Below are positions 8,860 to 20,377 of a DNA stretch of 64,000 bases, piece after piece. The notes under the pieces were generated by a model, which searched no databases, was not told the DNA's origin, and worked only from the letters and a program-made list of their open reading frames with translations. The translations under genes and the position numbers were made by a program. The stretch lies in NCBI GenBank assembly GCA_041936745.1, contig JBHGWS010000001.1:2951-66950 (forward strand). Reading direction: 5' to 3'. The DNA comes from Candidatus Darwinibacter acetoxidans. GTDB lineage: Bacteria > Bacillota > Limnochordia > Darwinibacteriales > Darwinibacteriaceae. How positions within the stretch are numbered: position 1 is the first letter of the stretch; the number at the start of each line of letters is the position of its first letter.

Positions 8860-9930
8860 ATGAGGTTTAGATTAAGGCGCACTTCCGCCAGGCTGCGCCG
8901 CCGCTTGCACTCCTTTCCTAAATTACCGGGAATCATCTTCCCGGTAGTTTTAGCTTTAATTTTTTTTAGCCTTGTTTTCAGCGGCTACCACCTGCTTTTT
9001 GATGACAGCAACCTCGATCATTCCCTTGCCCGCACTTTGCTGCGGCGGGGTTTGCCCATCGCCTGGGAAGAAGAACCGAACGGAGGCCTTCTTGATGTCC
9101 GCTCTTTAATTTATCTTTTGACTGATTACGATCTAAAGGATCCCTTAACTATCTTAGAAGAGACACTGCCGTTTTTTGCCCGCTCTCTGCCCGGGTTTAG
9201 AATTTGGGAGGAAAGGCCTTTTGTCTTTGTGCAGGAGTTATCCTTTGCACCCGATCCCATCCGCCCGGCTCCCGCAGACTCCGTTTTCGAGCAGAAAACA
9301 GCCGCCCGGGCTTTAATTTACCATACGCACACATCAGAAATGTATTTGGGACGGACTGTTTCGGCAAGCCAATCAAACCAGGCCCACTACCAATTCCGCA
9401 ACCTGGCGGATCCGGCCATTACCGGTGTCATGGCGGTCGGGCGGCACTTAACTAACGCCCTCAATCAATTAGGGATAAAAACACTGCATGAAACCCGCAT
9501 CCACACTCTGCCTAACATCAACCATTCCTACAGCAACTCGGAAAAAACCGTGCGGGAAATTCTGGCCAAACAGCGGGAGTTGGAAATGGTAATTGATCTA
9601 CACCGCGATGCGGGCGTGCCCAATCCCAGTACGGTCATCAACGGCCGCAGCGTGGCCCGCCTGGCCTTAGTAATTGGTACAGCGGAAAGAATCCCGTTGG
9701 TGCATGCCAACTACCAAGCCAACCTTGATTTTGCCCAGAGGATTAAAGATGTCTGCGATGAGATGTACCCCAGCCTGATGCGGCCCATCCAGGTGAGGCA
9801 GGATGCCCGCTACAATCAGCATTTACATCCGAAAAGTATTATTATAGAATTAGGGTCTGTGGAGAACACTCTAGAAGAAGCCCTATTAGCCGCGGAACTT
9901 TTGGCAAACGTTCTTGCCCGGGTACTCTAA
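8860..9930 (+). CDS. spoIIP: Stage II sporulation protein P
   Basis: TM segment followed by a SpoIIP/amidase-like domain. Conserved gpr-spoIIP neighbourhood. GAGGTGGTGAG RBS is present. Confidence 0.8.
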   Translation: MRFRLRRTSARLRRRLHSFPKLPGIIFPVVLALIFFSLVFSGYHLLFDDSNLDHSLARTLLRRGLPIAWEEEPNGGLLDVRSLIYLLTDYDLKDPLTILEETLPFFARSLPGFRIWEERPFVFVQELSFAPDPIRPAPADSVFEQKTAARALIYHTHTSEMYLGRTVSASQSNQAHYQFRNLADPAITGVMAVGRHLTNALNQLGIKTLHETRIHTLPNINHSYSNSEKTVREILAKQRELEMVIDLHRDAGVPNPSTVINGRSVARLALVIGTAERIPLVHANYQANLDFAQRIKDVCDEMYPSLMRPIQVRQDARYNQHLHPKSIIIELGSVENTLEEALLAAELLANVLARVL

Positions 9931-9991
9931 AAGGAGTTTGGGCCGGCGGGGCGAATCTACTTTTGGTGCAAAAAATGAGAGGGCGGGAGAT

Positions 9992-11584
9992 ATGGCGACT
10001 GAGAGCAGGGAAAAGGTAGCCAAGGCTGCCGGTATTGTAATGTTTGCTATTTTAATCAGCAGGATTTTAGGTTTTCTGCGGGAGCGGGCCATCGCGGAAG
10101 TGTTTGGCCGGACAGGAACGACGGATGTGTTTTTTGCTGCCTTTGCCCTGCCCGATTTAATGTACCAACTGTTAGTCGGCGGTGCACTCAGCTCCGCCTT
10201 TATCCCCGTTTTTACGCAGTATTTGGCCCGAGGGGAAGAAGAAGAAGCCTGGTATGCTGCAAGTGTTTTCTTAAACTTGACGGTTTTAAGCCTGCTGTTG
10301 ATTATGATCTTAGGTGTCATCTTTACCCCCGTTTTGGCGCCCCTTGTGGGCATAGGTTTTTCCGGCGGCCAAAGAGAACTTTTGATAACTTTGATGCGGG
10401 TTACATTCCCCGCCGTGTTTTTTACCGCCCTTTCCGGTTTGGCCATGGGTGTTTTACACTCTTATCAAAAGTTTACACTGCCTGCCTTGGGGCCGATCAT
10501 TTACAACTTGGGGCAAATTCTGGGCGCTTACCTCTTAGGGCCCATAATCGGCATTATGGGTATGGCCATCGGCACTGTTTTAGGTGCCGTGGGCAGCTTT
10601 TCAATTCAATTTCCCGCTGTTTACCGCCGGGCGGGCTACTACCGCCCCCTTTTGGATTTGAAGCATCCGGGAATTCGCCGGATGGGCCAATTAATGCTGC
10701 CCGCGGTAGTGGGCCTATCAATTGCCCAGATTAATGTAATTATCGGGCAGAACCTGGCTTCTACCTTGGAGACGGGCTCTATTGTGGCTCTGCGCTTGGC
10801 GAACAGATTAATCAATTTTCCCCTGGGGGTTTTTGCCATGGGCATTTCCACAGCCATCTTTCCTACCTTGTCCCGCCTTATGGCGCAGGGAGAGGTGGGG
10901 GAGTTTAAAAAAACATTGAGCTTTGGCCTGCGGGTTGTCTTTTTTATTACCCTGCCCTCAGCTTTGGGCATGGCCCTTTTAAGAAACCCCATTGTGCGGC
11001 TGCTCTTTGAATCTGGGGAATTTACCGTTTTAGACAGCCGGGCAACAGCTTTCGCCCTTTTGTTTTACGCACCGGGCCTTTTAGCCCAGGCGGCGGTCCA
11101 AGTCACCACCAGAGGCTATTATTCCCTGCAGGATACCGTTACCCCGGTCAAGATCGGCGTAATTACGGTGGCGGCCAATTTTCTTTTCAGCCTCGCGTTT
11201 TTGAAATGGACAACCCTGGGGCCCGGCGGCTTAGCCTTGGCTTTTTCCCTCAGCTCTTTTTTAAACATGGCTTTGGCTTCAGCCATTCTGCGTAAAAAAC
11301 TGGGGGGCCTGGCGGGCCGAGAACTTTTGAAAACCGTGGCTAAAGCGGGCCTTGCTGCTTTAGTGATGAGCCTTGCCGTTTATTACACGGCCGGGCATCT
11401 GGGTGAGATGTTAAATACAAATAGCAAAATGGGCCAACTGCTGCAGGTGTTTGTTTCCATCGGGGCAGGTGCCCTGGTTTACCTTAGTTGTGCCATCGTA
11501 TTGAAGATGGCCGAAGTCCGCTTTATTTGGGATTTAATCAAAAGACGAATAAAAAGAAAAACGCCCAAGAAGGGCTTACAATAA
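9992..11584 (+). CDS. murJ: Lipid II flippase MurJ/MviN
   Basis: N-terminus [18 protein letters not shown] matches MurJ. About 14 TM segments. Confidence 0.8.
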   Translation: MATESREKVAKAAGIVMFAILISRILGFLRERAIAEVFGRTGTTDVFFAAFALPDLMYQLLVGGALSSAFIPVFTQYLARGEEEEAWYAASVFLNLTVLSLLLIMILGVIFTPVLAPLVGIGFSGGQRELLITLMRVTFPAVFFTALSGLAMGVLHSYQKFTLPALGPIIYNLGQILGAYLLGPIIGIMGMAIGTVLGAVGSFSIQFPAVYRRAGYYRPLLDLKHPGIRRMGQLMLPAVVGLSIAQINVIIGQNLASTLETGSIVALRLANRLINFPLGVFAMGISTAIFPTLSRLMAQGEVGEFKKTLSFGLRVVFFITLPSALGMALLRNPIVRLLFESGEFTVLDSRATAFALLFYAPGLLAQAAVQVTTRGYYSLQDTVTPVKIGVITVAANFLFSLAFLKWTTLGPGGLALAFSLSSFLNMALASAILRKKLGGLAGRELLKTVAKAGLAALVMSLAVYYTAGHLGEMLNTNSKMGQLLQVFVSIGAGALVYLSCAIVLKMAEVRFIWDLIKRRIKRKTPKKGLQ

Positions 11585-11590
11585 GGCTAT

Positions 11591-11619
11591 TTTCAAATCA
11601 ACAACTTCTGTGTTATAAT
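11591..11619 (+). promoter_or_regulatory. Candidate sigma-A promoter for lepA: TTTCAA, 17-nt spacer, TG-n-TATAAT
   Basis: Extended -10 element tgtTATAAT at 11611-11619. Confidence 0.4.
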
Positions 11620-11655
11620 AAAGCCGCATTCAATAATGGAGGAATCGGTATTAAT

Positions 11656-13452
11656 ATGTCCCAGAACAATATTAGGAACTTCAGTATAATTGCCCATATC
11701 GACCATGGGAAATCTACCTTGGCAGACAGGATCCTGGAACATACCGGCACGCTCAGCCAGAGGGAAATGGCTGAGCAGGTTTTGGACTCCATGGATCTGG
11801 AGCGGGAGCGCGGTATCACAATTAAACTCCAGGCTGTCCGCTTAGCGTATAAAGCAGCCGACGGCCGGGAATTTATTTTGAATCTGATTGACACTCCCGG
11901 CCACGTGGATTTTTCCTACGAAGTCTCGCGCAGCCTGGCGGCCTGTGAAGGGGCTTTATTGGTCATTGACGCTTCGCAGGGTATCGAGGCGCAGACCCTT
12001 GCCAACCTGTATTTGGCTCTGGATCACGATTTGGAAATCATCCCCGTGATCAATAAAATCGATCTGCCAAATGCGGATCCGGAGCGCGTCAAACGGGATT
12101 TGGAAGACAGTATCGGCATTGACGGGGACGAGGCGATCTTAGTCAGTGCGCGCACAGGTGAAGGCATTGAACACATCTTGGAAGCTATTGTGGAGCGGAT
12201 TCCGCCACCGACGGGGGATCCCCAGGCGCCTACCAGGGCGATGATCTTCGATTCGCATTACGACCAATACCAAGGCGCCGTTGCTTACATCAGGGTGATA
12301 GACGGTACAATCTCAGTCGGCGATGATATCGTGATGATGAGTTCCGGGCGGGAGTTTGAAGTAAGTAAGTTGGGCGTGTTCCGCCCCGCCTTGGTTGAGG
12401 TACCATCACTCAAGGCCGGAGATGTAGGCTGTGTTATCGCCAGCATGAAGGATGTGCGCGATACCAGGGTGGGTGATACCATTACCTTGGCGGCCAATCC
12501 CGCCAAGCAGCCTTTGGCAGGTTACCGGCCGGCACAGCCCATGGTGTTTTGCGGCCTTTACCCTGTGGTCAACGAAGATTATCTCGATCTGAGGGATGCC
12601 TTGGATCGGCTGCAGTTAAATGATGCCGCTCTAACTTACGAACCGGAATCATCTGTGGCTTTGGGGTTTGGCTACCGCTGCGGTTTTTTAGGCCTGCTTC
12701 ATTTGGAGATCGTGCAGGAACGCCTGGAGCGTGAATTTGATCTGGATCTGATTACAACTGCACCAAGTGTGGTTTACCAAGTCGTTTTAACAGACGGCAG
12801 TACAATAAAAGTGGATAATCCTTCCGCCCTGCCGCCCATCGTTCAAGTGGAGCGGATCGAAGAGCCTTTCGTTCACGCAACCGTCATGGTCCCCGATGAA
12901 TTTGTGGGGCCGGTTATGGAACTCTGCCAGGATCGGCGGGGTAATTTCGTAACCATGGAGTACGTTACCCCCGAAAGGGCCCGCCTGGAATATGAACTGC
13001 CCTTGGCGGAAATATTGATGGATTTTTACGATCGGTTGAAATCCAGGACCAAAGGTTATGCCTCGCTTGATTACGAGTGGATCGGCTATCGGGCTTCCCG
13101 GGTGGTTAAACTGGATATCTTGCTCAACGGTAATCCTGTTGATGCCCTTTCCTGCATAATTCACGAGGATAAGGCAGTGGCCAGGGGCCGCAGCTTAGTG
13201 GAGCGCTTGAAAGATGTCATCCCCCGCCAGCAGTTTGAGGTTCCCATCCAAGCTGCCATCGGCAGTAAAATTATTGCCAGGGAAACGGTGCGGGCTTTAC
13301 GCAAAGATGTTTTAGCCAAGTGTTACGGGGGGGACGTCAGCCGGAAGCGGAAACTTTTAGAAAGGCAAAAAGAGGGGAAAAGGCGCATGAAAAACCTGGG
13401 CAGCGTAGAAGTCCCCCAAGAAGCATTTATGGCAATCTTAGAAGTGGAATAG
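11656..13452 (+). CDS. lepA: Elongation factor 4 (LepA)
   Basis: [17 protein letters not shown]-domain. GGAGG RBS. Canonical LepA C-terminus. Confidence 0.9.
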   Translation: MSQNNIRNFSIIAHIDHGKSTLADRILEHTGTLSQREMAEQVLDSMDLERERGITIKLQAVRLAYKAADGREFILNLIDTPGHVDFSYEVSRSLAACEGALLVIDASQGIEAQTLANLYLALDHDLEIIPVINKIDLPNADPERVKRDLEDSIGIDGDEAILVSARTGEGIEHILEAIVERIPPPTGDPQAPTRAMIFDSHYDQYQGAVAYIRVIDGTISVGDDIVMMSSGREFEVSKLGVFRPALVEVPSLKAGDVGCVIASMKDVRDTRVGDTITLAANPAKQPLAGYRPAQPMVFCGLYPVVNEDYLDLRDALDRLQLNDAALTYEPESSVALGFGYRCGFLGLLHLEIVQERLEREFDLDLITTAPSVVYQVVLTDGSTIKVDNPSALPPIVQVERIEEPFVHATVMVPDEFVGPVMELCQDRRGNFVTMEYVTPERARLEYELPLAEILMDFYDRLKSRTKGYASLDYEWIGYRASRVVKLDILLNGNPVDALSCIIHEDKAVARGRSLVERLKDVIPRQQFEVPIQAAIGSKIIARETVRALRKDVLAKCYGGDVSRKRKLLERQKEGKRRMKNLGSVEVPQEAFMAILEVE

Positions 13453-13461
13453 GTGGTTCAA

Positions 13462-14604
13462 ATGGGAGTCTACGTACACATTCCCTTTTGTGCGCAAAAG
13501 TGTCATTATTGCGATTTCTACTCCATAGTTGTGGGCGGCCGCCGGGAGTTTCAGGCGGTTACCGACAGCTATCTTTCTTCTGTAAGCAGGGAGGCCTTGT
13601 ACTACCGCTCCCGCTTAAAAAAGGGTGCTTTTTCCAGTTTGTTCTTTGGCGGAGGCACCCCTTCTTTATTGGATCCTGCTCGCCTGGGGGAGTTCATCAC
13701 CTTTCTTTTAACGAATTTACCCTTCGAGAAAGAGCCTGAGATAACTCTGGAGGCTAATCCCGCCACGCTGACCGCAGCCGGTTTACAATACTTGGCAGAA
13801 GCGGGCGTCAACCGTATCAGTTTAGGTGTCCAGGCCTTCCAGGACGAGCTTTTGGCTGATTTGGGCCGCCTGCACACTAAAGCTGACGTGCTGAAAAGTG
13901 TTGATTTAATCCGCGGGGCGGGAATAGATAATATTAACCTGGATTTAATCTTTGGCCTGCCGGGGCAGTCCTTGGCCATGTGGGAAGAATCGCTGCGGAC
14001 AGCGTTGGATCTTAAGCCTTCGCATATTTCCTGCTACAGTTTAATCATCGAAGAAGGGACCCTTTTCCACAAATGGTCAAAGCAGGGCCTTTTAAACTTA
14101 CCTTCCGACGATGAGGAGGCGGCAATGTACGATACGGCCCGGGCGCTTTTACCCCGGGCGGGCTTGGAGCATTATGAAATTTCCAATTTTGCCCTGCCCG
14201 GCAAAAAATCGCGCCACAACCTAATTTATTGGCAAAACCGCCCCTTCTTGGGCCTAGGTGCGTCCGCCACAGGTTATTTAAACAGGGTGCGCTACAGAAA
14301 TGCAGCGGATGTAGATAAGTATAGGGAGGGGTGGCGCCGCGGCAGGCCCACTTTCGCTGAACGGGCAGAGGTTTCCCTGCGGCAGGAGATGGATGAAACC
14401 ATGATGGTGGGGATGCGGCTCCTGGCGGGGGTTAGTGAAAGTGAATTTGAAAAACGCTTCGGCAAGTCCTTTATGAATGTCTATGAAAAGCCCATTGAAA
14501 AGCTTCTTAAGCGGGGCCTGGTGCAGTATCAAGCGGGGCATTTGAAGGTGACGGAAAGGGGCCTTTATTTGGAAAATATAGTCTCGGCGGCTTTTTTACC
14601 CTAG
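13462..14604 (+). CDS. hemW: Radical SAM heme chaperone HemW (HemN-like)
   Basis: CxxxCxxC motif (CAQKCHYC) and HemN C-terminal domain. lepA-hemW-hrcA order is conserved. Confidence 0.85.
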   Translation: MGVYVHIPFCAQKCHYCDFYSIVVGGRREFQAVTDSYLSSVSREALYYRSRLKKGAFSSLFFGGGTPSLLDPARLGEFITFLLTNLPFEKEPEITLEANPATLTAAGLQYLAEAGVNRISLGVQAFQDELLADLGRLHTKADVLKSVDLIRGAGIDNINLDLIFGLPGQSLAMWEESLRTALDLKPSHISCYSLIIEEGTLFHKWSKQGLLNLPSDDEEAAMYDTARALLPRAGLEHYEISNFALPGKKSRHNLIYWQNRPFLGLGASATGYLNRVRYRNAADVDKYREGWRRGRPTFAERAEVSLRQEMDETMMVGMRLLAGVSESEFEKRFGKSFMNVYEKPIEKLLKRGLVQYQAGHLKVTERGLYLENIVSAAFLP

Positions 14605-14630
14605 ACTGCCGCAAGTGCCTTTTCTAACCC

Positions 14631-14659
14631 TTGACAAACGCGGGGTGAAGTGATATTTT
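14631..14659 (+). promoter_or_regulatory. sigma-A promoter of the hrcA operon: TTGACA, 17-nt spacer, TATTTT
   Basis: Read directly from the sequence. CIRCE lies immediately downstream. Confidence 0.5.
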
Positions 14660-14673
14660 ATGGGTAAATAGTG

Positions 14674-14700
14674 TTAGCACTCCCAGGCGGCGAGTGCTAA
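14674..14700. promoter_or_regulatory. CIRCE operator, the HrcA binding site: TTAGCACTC-N9-GAGTGCTAA, perfect consensus
   Basis: Exact inverted repeat TTAGCACTCccaggcggcGAGTGCTAA directly upstream of hrcA. Confidence 0.9.
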
Positions 14701-14718
14701 ATGGAAGGCGGGAGACGC

Positions 14719-15741
14719 ATGTTGGATGAACGCAAACGCCTTGTTTTAAGAGCCATAATTGACAACTATGTGGAAACTGCAGAGCCGGTTGGCTCCCGGA
14801 CAATTGCCCGCCGGCATGATCTTGGGGTTTCGTCCGCCACTATTCGCAATGAAATGGCGGATTTGGAAGAAACGGGCTATTTACAGCAGCCCCACGTCTC
14901 CGCGGGCCGGATTCCTTCGGATAAAGGCTACCGCTTTTACGTTGATGCCCTGATGGAACCTCATTCCTTTTCGCCGCAGGAATATGTGTGGCTGCGGCAA
15001 AATATTACGGACATCCGTAACGGCCTGGAAAAGACAATTCACGAAGCGGCCCACTTGGTGGCGCTTTTAACGGAATCTTTAGCCGTTGTGGTTGCTCCCG
15101 GCATGGATCACTTAGCGTTCCGCCACCTGCAGCTTGTGCTGCTGGATGAAAATAATATTTTGGTTACCTTGGTGCTTCACCCGGGTATTGTGAAAAATAA
15201 GTTGATTGTGACAAGAAAAGCCTATACGCAAGAGCAGATTTACGATATTTCCAAGGCCTTAAACCAGAAGCTCAAAGGGTTAACTTACAGGGACTTGGGG
15301 CCGACGGTGTTTGCTGAGATCATCGGGGATTTCGGTGAAATCGGCCGAACCTTGGTTGAACTGGTGTTCAGAGGTTTAATGGAAGAAAAAGATGAACAGG
15401 TTTATTCTTCCGGCACTGTGAATATTTTGAACCAACCGGAATTTCGCGATATTGAAAAGGTAAAATCTTTTCTGGCTGCTTTGGAGCGCAAAGAACATCT
15501 TTTAGATCTGTTCAGCTCCGTTTCAAAAACCAGCGGTGTCCAGGTAGTGATCGGCAATGAAAACGAACACAGTTCTATGCAGGATTATAGTTTGGTCACC
15601 TGCACTTATTATATAGGTAGTGATGTGGTTGGGACTTTGGGCGTCATCGGGCCGACCCGGATGGATTACGGGCGGATCGTCTCGGCAGTAGGGATGGTTG
15701 CTACCTCATTAAGCGATTTATTGACGGAAAAGAATAAATAA
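14719..15741 (+). CDS. hrcA: Heat-inducible transcription repressor HrcA. An alternative start lies at 14701.
   Basis: N-terminus LDERKRLVLRAIIDNYVETAEPVGSR is typical of HrcA. Confidence 0.85.
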   Translation: MLDERKRLVLRAIIDNYVETAEPVGSRTIARRHDLGVSSATIRNEMADLEETGYLQQPHVSAGRIPSDKGYRFYVDALMEPHSFSPQEYVWLRQNITDIRNGLEKTIHEAAHLVALLTESLAVVVAPGMDHLAFRHLQLVLLDENNILVTLVLHPGIVKNKLIVTRKAYTQEQIYDISKALNQKLKGLTYRDLGPTVFAEIIGDFGEIGRTLVELVFRGLMEEKDEQVYSSGTVNILNQPEFRDIEKVKSFLAALERKEHLLDLFSSVSKTSGVQVVIGNENEHSSMQDYSLVTCTYYIGSDVVGTLGVIGPTRMDYGRIVSAVGMVATSLSDLLTEKNK

Positions 15742-15809
15742 TTACGGCCTAAAAATAAAAACGGTACAACAACGGTCCTTGGAGGTAAGGGCCATTTCTC
15801 TGATGGGAG

Positions 15810-16409
15810 GTGCTTGATGTGCCAGAACAAGATAAGGTAATAGAAAAAGTAACAGAAGAAGAGGTAACGGAAGAAGAAATAGCAGACGAAGAAGCAGAGG
15901 CGGAGATTGAAGAAGAAACCGAGGCGGAGAAAGAGCAGGAAGAACACCCCCGGTTCAAGGAGTTGACAGAAGAAAACGCCAGGCTTGTCCGGCAGCTTTT
16001 GCGCCTCAAAGCGGATTTTGAAAATTTAAGGCGCCGCAGTAAACTGGAGAAGGAGAAGCTGGTTGCCACAGCTAACGAAGGCTTACTGCAGGACTTACTG
16101 CCCGTTTTAGATAATTTCGAGCGGGCACTGCGCTGTGAAAGAGATGAGGCGGCAGGCGATTCTTTTTTTGCAGGGATTCAGATGGTCTATCAAGGTTTAA
16201 TGCAGACTTTAGGCTCCCACGGCCTTAAACGCATTGAAGCTGTGGGGAAGGCCTTCGATCCTACTTTTCACGAAGCTGTTTTTATGGCCGGTGAGGGCGG
16301 CGGTGATTTAATAGTTTTGGAAGAAACCCAAACCGGTTATCTACTTAAAGAAAAAGTAATTCGACATACCAAGGTGTTGGTTGGTCAAAACGAGGAGGAA
16401 GAAGAATAA
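15810..16409 (+). CDS. grpE: Nucleotide exchange factor GrpE, with a GTG start
   Basis: Acidic N-terminus followed by a GrpE coiled-coil and beta domain. Sits between hrcA and dnaK. Confidence 0.85.
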   Translation: MLDVPEQDKVIEKVTEEEVTEEEIADEEAEAEIEEETEAEKEQEEHPRFKELTEENARLVRQLLRLKADFENLRRRSKLEKEKLVATANEGLLQDLLPVLDNFERALRCERDEAAGDSFFAGIQMVYQGLMQTLGSHGLKRIEAVGKAFDPTFHEAVFMAGEGGGDLIVLEETQTGYLLKEKVIRHTKVLVGQNEEEEE

Positions 16410-18238
16410 TGTCAAAAGTTATCGGAATTGACTTAGGGACGACAAATTCGGTTGTGGCAGTAATGGAGGCGGGGGAGCCCATAATTATCCCCAATGCGGA
16501 AGGATCCCGCACTACGCCGTCAGTGGTAGCCTTTACAAAAGAAGGGGATCGCATTGTGGGCCAAGTAGCTAAACGGCAGGCGGTTACCAACCCGGAGAGG
16601 ACCATAACCTCGATTAAGCGCCAGATGGGTACGGATTTTACCGTTAAAATAGATGGCAAAGATCTGACGCCGCAGGAAATTTCCGCCATGGTGTTAAGAA
16701 AACTAAAGGAAGAAGCGGAAAATTATTTGGGCGAAAGTGTTTCTAAAGCGGTTATCACCGTACCCGCTTACTTTACTGACGCGCAGCGCCAAGCTACTAA
16801 GGATGCGGGCGCAATTGCCGGATTGGAAGTTTTACGTATAATCAACGAACCGACGGCGGCAGCGGTCGCTTATGGGCTGGATAAGGAACACGAGCAGACC
16901 GTCTTGGTCTTTGATCTGGGCGGCGGGACTTTTGACGTTTCCATCTTGGAGTTGGACGAAGGTTACATCGGCGTCAAAGCCACCAGCGGCAACAACCGCC
17001 TGGGCGGCGATGACTTTGATGAGCGCATCACCAATTACCTCGTAGACCAATTCAAAAAGGAAACCGGCATTGATTTAAGCCGTGATAAAATGGCCATGCA
17101 ACGGTTGAAGGAAGCGGCGGAAAAGGCCAAAATTGAACTTTCCGGCCTGCCGCAGGCTAATATCAACCTGCCCTTTATCAGCGCGGGTGCCAGCGGGCCG
17201 GTTCACATGGATATCAACCTGACCAGGGCTAAGTTCAACGAATTGACAGCAGATTTAGTGGAAAAGACCCTGCAGCCGATCCGCCAATCCCTGGACGATG
17301 CGGGCTTAAAACCGGCGCAAATTGATCGCGTCCTTCTGGTCGGCGGCTCCACGCGCATTCCCGCCGTGCAGGAAGCCATTGAAAAATTAATGGGTAAAGA
17401 AGCCTATAAGGGCATCAACCCCGATGAATGCGTGGCCATGGGCGCAGCCGTACAGGCCGGTGTGCTTTCCGGTGAGTTTGAACAGGGCAAAGGCCTTGTT
17501 TTAGTTGATGTAACCCCACTCTCTTTAGGTATTGAAACCCTGGGCGGGGTCATGACTACCCTAATTAAAAGAAATACGAGCATTCCCTGCCGGGAGACGC
17601 AGGTTTTCACCACGGCCGCCGATAACCAACCGGCCGTAGATATTCACGTACTGCAGGGCGAAAGGCCCATGTCGGCAGACAACGTAACTTTAGGCCGGTT
17701 TCAATTGACGGGTATCCCACCGGCACCGCGGGGTATTCCTCAGATCGAGGTCACATTTGATATTGACCGCAACGGCATTGTCAACGTGACGGCAAAAGAT
17801 CTGGGAACGGGTAGGGAACAGCAGATTACCGTTACTTCCTCTACTGCTTTGACTAAAGAAGATATCGACAAGCTTTTGGCAGAAGCCGAAAAACACGCGG
17901 AAGAGGATAAAGCGAAACGGGAAAGAATTGAACTGCGCAACAAGGCGGAAAACGCGATGTGGGCTGTAGATCGCACCTTAAAAGATCTGGGCGATCAGGT
18001 TACGGACGAACAAAAAGCAGAGATCGAAGAAGCGAAAAAGAAGCTGGGCGATGCCTTGGAAAAAGACGATCAGGAGGAAATCAAGGCGAAAATGAAGGCC
18101 TTGGACGAAGCTCTGCATAAGGTATCGGAGAAAATTTACCAACGGGCACAGCAGACAGCGGCCGAGGCAGGCGCCCCAAGTGATGATTCCTCTGAAGATG
18201 AGGATATTGTGGATGCCGACTTTACGGAAGAGGATTAA
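16409..18238 (+). CDS. dnaK: Chaperone DnaK (Hsp70)
   Basis: [10 protein letters not shown] and DLGGGTFD motifs. Full-length Hsp70. Confidence 0.95.
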   Translation: MSKVIGIDLGTTNSVVAVMEAGEPIIIPNAEGSRTTPSVVAFTKEGDRIVGQVAKRQAVTNPERTITSIKRQMGTDFTVKIDGKDLTPQEISAMVLRKLKEEAENYLGESVSKAVITVPAYFTDAQRQATKDAGAIAGLEVLRIINEPTAAAVAYGLDKEHEQTVLVFDLGGGTFDVSILELDEGYIGVKATSGNNRLGGDDFDERITNYLVDQFKKETGIDLSRDKMAMQRLKEAAEKAKIELSGLPQANINLPFISAGASGPVHMDINLTRAKFNELTADLVEKTLQPIRQSLDDAGLKPAQIDRVLLVGGSTRIPAVQEAIEKLMGKEAYKGINPDECVAMGAAVQAGVLSGEFEQGKGLVLVDVTPLSLGIETLGGVMTTLIKRNTSIPCRETQVFTTAADNQPAVDIHVLQGERPMSADNVTLGRFQLTGIPPAPRGIPQIEVTFDIDRNGIVNVTAKDLGTGREQQITVTSSTALTKEDIDKLLAEAEKHAEEDKAKRERIELRNKAENAMWAVDRTLKDLGDQVTDEQKAEIEEAKKKLGDALEKDDQEEIKAKMKALDEALHKVSEKIYQRAQQTAAEAGAPSDDSSEDEDIVDADFTEED

Positions 18239-18265
18239 GTTGGCAGAAAGAAGGCGGTGTAATGT

Positions 18266-19393
18266 TTGGCCAAACAAGATTATTATGATGTTTTAGGGGT
18301 GCCCCGCGGCGCCTCTGAAGATGATATAAAAAAAGCCTACCGGAATTTAGCGCGTAAATATCACCCCGATGTCAACCAGGAGCCGGATGCGGAAGAAAAA
18401 TTTAAGACGATCAACGAAGCTTACGCCGTTTTGGGCGATGCGGAGCGGCGCTCTCAATACGACCAATACGGCCATGCTGCCTTTGAAAACATGGGGCAGG
18501 GCGGTTTCGGCGACTTCGGCGGTTTCGGCGGTTTTGAAGATCTGGGCGACATTTTCGCGGATATGTTTTTCGGAGGCGGTTTTGGGAGGCGCCAAACCCA
18601 CCGTCCGCAGCGGGGGGCTGACCTTCGTTACGAATTGGTCGTAGATTTCGAAGAGGCGGCATTTGGCTTAGAAACCGAGATCTCGGTTCAGCGGACAGAA
18701 ACCTGTGATCACTGCCACGGCAACCGGGCGGAGCCGGGAACACCGATCACAACCTGTCCCGACTGCAACGGCACGGGCCAAGTGCGCTATGCGCAGCAGA
18801 CACCTTTCGGCCAATTTGCCACAACCAGAACCTGCAGCCGCTGCCAAGGGGAAGGCAAGATCTTTGAAAAGGCCTGTTCCGTCTGTGGCGGCACCGGTAC
18901 AGTACGGAAAACGAGCAAAATCCAAGTTAAGATACCGGCGGGTATTGATGACGGCCAGATCTTAAGGCTCCGGGGCAGGGGTGAGGCAGGTTACAGAGGC
19001 GGCCCTCCCGGTGATTTATTAATCTCGGTTCGGGTTCGGCCCCATAAAATTTTCAAAAGGGAAGGCCGCAACGTGATCTGCGAGATACCCATCTCCTTTG
19101 TGCAGGCCGCTTTGGGCGATGAGATCGATGTGCCCACCTTGGACGGCGATGTGAAGATGAGGATTCCCGAAGGTACGCAGAATGGTAAAGTACTGCGCCT
19201 GAGAAATAAGGGGATTCAAGACGTGCGCGGCCGCGGTAGGGGCGACCAATTGGTCCGGATCAAAGTCGTCACCCCGGTAAAACTAAATGAGAAGCAAAAA
19301 GATCTCTTGCGCCGGTTTGCCAAAGAAGGCGATGGTACGCTCCCTGAGGAAACTAAAGGTTTTTTTGAAAGGGTCAAGGACGCCTGGCGCTAG
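18266..19393 (+). CDS. dnaJ: Chaperone DnaJ
   Basis: J-domain with HPD (KYHPDVN), G/F-rich region, and four CxxCxGxG zinc-finger repeats. Confidence 0.9.
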   Translation: MAKQDYYDVLGVPRGASEDDIKKAYRNLARKYHPDVNQEPDAEEKFKTINEAYAVLGDAERRSQYDQYGHAAFENMGQGGFGDFGGFGGFEDLGDIFADMFFGGGFGRRQTHRPQRGADLRYELVVDFEEAAFGLETEISVQRTETCDHCHGNRAEPGTPITTCPDCNGTGQVRYAQQTPFGQFATTRTCSRCQGEGKIFEKACSVCGGTGTVRKTSKIQVKIPAGIDDGQILRLRGRGEAGYRGGPPGDLLISVRVRPHKIFKREGRNVICEIPISFVQAALGDEIDVPTLDGDVKMRIPEGTQNGKVLRLRNKGIQDVRGRGRGDQLVRIKVVTPVKLNEKQKDLLRRFAKEGDGTLPEETKGFFERVKDAWR

Positions 19394-19402
19394 TGGGAGT
19401 TG

Positions 19403-19431
19403 AAGCTGCCCAAAAAATGGGGCAGCTTTCT
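19403..19431 (+). terminator. Terminator downstream of dnaJ
   Basis: Stem aagctgccc/gggcagctt followed by a T-rich tail. Confidence 0.45.
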
Positions 19432-19450
19432 AATTTAGGGAGGTTAACCG

Positions 19451-20377
19451 GTGGCGAAATGGCAGGAAATTAAAATTACATTGAAGAGGGAAGCGGTTGA
19501 GGCGGCCTACGCTGTTTTGGAGCAGGAAGGCATCGCCAACTTGGCCGTGGAAGATTCCCTTCTGTTGGCGGAAGCCGAAAGAGAGGGCTGGGGCGACTAT
19601 TTTCCCCCGAAGACGCCGGCTGAAGAAGTAACTATCAGTTTTTACCTGCCGGAAGGTGACTTTACGGCAAAACTTGCCCGGATTAAAAAGAGGCTGGCCG
19701 GCCTGGAGAAATTTGGCTTAGATGCGGGAGAAATAAAAATTACGAAGGATTATATTTACGAAAAAGATTGGGCCGAGGCTTGGAAAAATTATTTTCACCC
19801 CCTGCGCATCGGCAGTATTTTAGTCCAGCCTTCCTGGATTCCGCCGGAAAAAGTAAAACCGGGTGATACAATAGTCCACCTCGATCCCGGTATGGCCTTT
19901 GGCAGCGGAACTCATCCCTCAACTGCGATGTGCTTGGAGTTTCTGCAGGGGCTGGATCTGAAAGGCAAAACAGTCTGGGATGTGGGCACGGGCTCGGGGA
20001 TTTTGGCTATCGCCGCCGAAAAATTGGGTGCCCGGGTTAAGGCCGTGGATATAGACCCGGTAGCCGTCAGGGTTGCTTTGGAAAACAGAAAGCTGAATGG
20101 GCTTACCTTCCGGGCCAAGCAGGGAAGTTTAAAAGATTTAAGGGGCAGCCCCCATGTTATCGCGGCCAATATCGTGGCTGATGTAATCGGGCCCATGCTG
20201 CCCGATGCTTTTGAAAAACTGCAGGCGAAAGGGTTTTTTATTGCCGCGGGCATCATTAAAGCGCGTGATGGGGAAATGACCGCTCTTGCGGCCCGGGCCG
20301 GTTTTCAGCTGATCGAAAGGCGCCTGATGGGAGAGTGGGTAGGTTATTTGTTCCAAAAGGGTGAGGCATGTGGCTAG
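19451..20377 (+). CDS. prmA: Ribosomal protein L11 methyltransferase
   Basis: PrmA-like sequence with the SAM motif DVGTGSGILAI. Confidence 0.85.
   Translation: MAKWQEIKITLKREAVEAAYAVLEQEGIANLAVEDSLLLAEAEREGWGDYFPPKTPAEEVTISFYLPEGDFTAKLARIKKRLAGLEKFGLDAGEIKITKDYIYEKDWAEAWKNYFHPLRIGSILVQPSWIPPEKVKPGDTIVHLDPGMAFGSGTHPSTAMCLEFLQGLDLKGKTVWDVGTGSGILAIAAEKLGARVKAVDIDPVAVRVALENRKLNGLTFRAKQGSLKDLRGSPHVIAANIVADVIGPMLPDAFEKLQAKGFFIAAGIIKARDGEMTALAARAGFQLIERRLMGEWVGYLFQKGEACG

Noticed and set aside
11488-11655. Upstream in-frame extensions proposed by the ORF track for lepA (11488), cdd (31581), era (32014), iscS (57593), iscU (58791), spoIIP (8728), murJ (9914) and the gerM-like gene (8936)
   Set aside because: The extensions overlap upstream genes or terminators. 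Internal ATG/GTG/TTG codons with GGAGG-type RBS give N-termini matching known family starts.
15840-15960. GAA/GAG-rich low-complexity DNA in the grpE N-terminus, and similarly at 51290-51420 in the PpiC-TPR C-terminus
   Set aside because: These stretches encode acidic EEx tails of real proteins. They are not tandem DNA repeats or CRISPR-like arrays. The units are irregular.
18480-18600. GGCGGTTTCGGC repeats in dnaJ
   Set aside because: This is the normal glycine/phenylalanine-rich linker of DnaJ.
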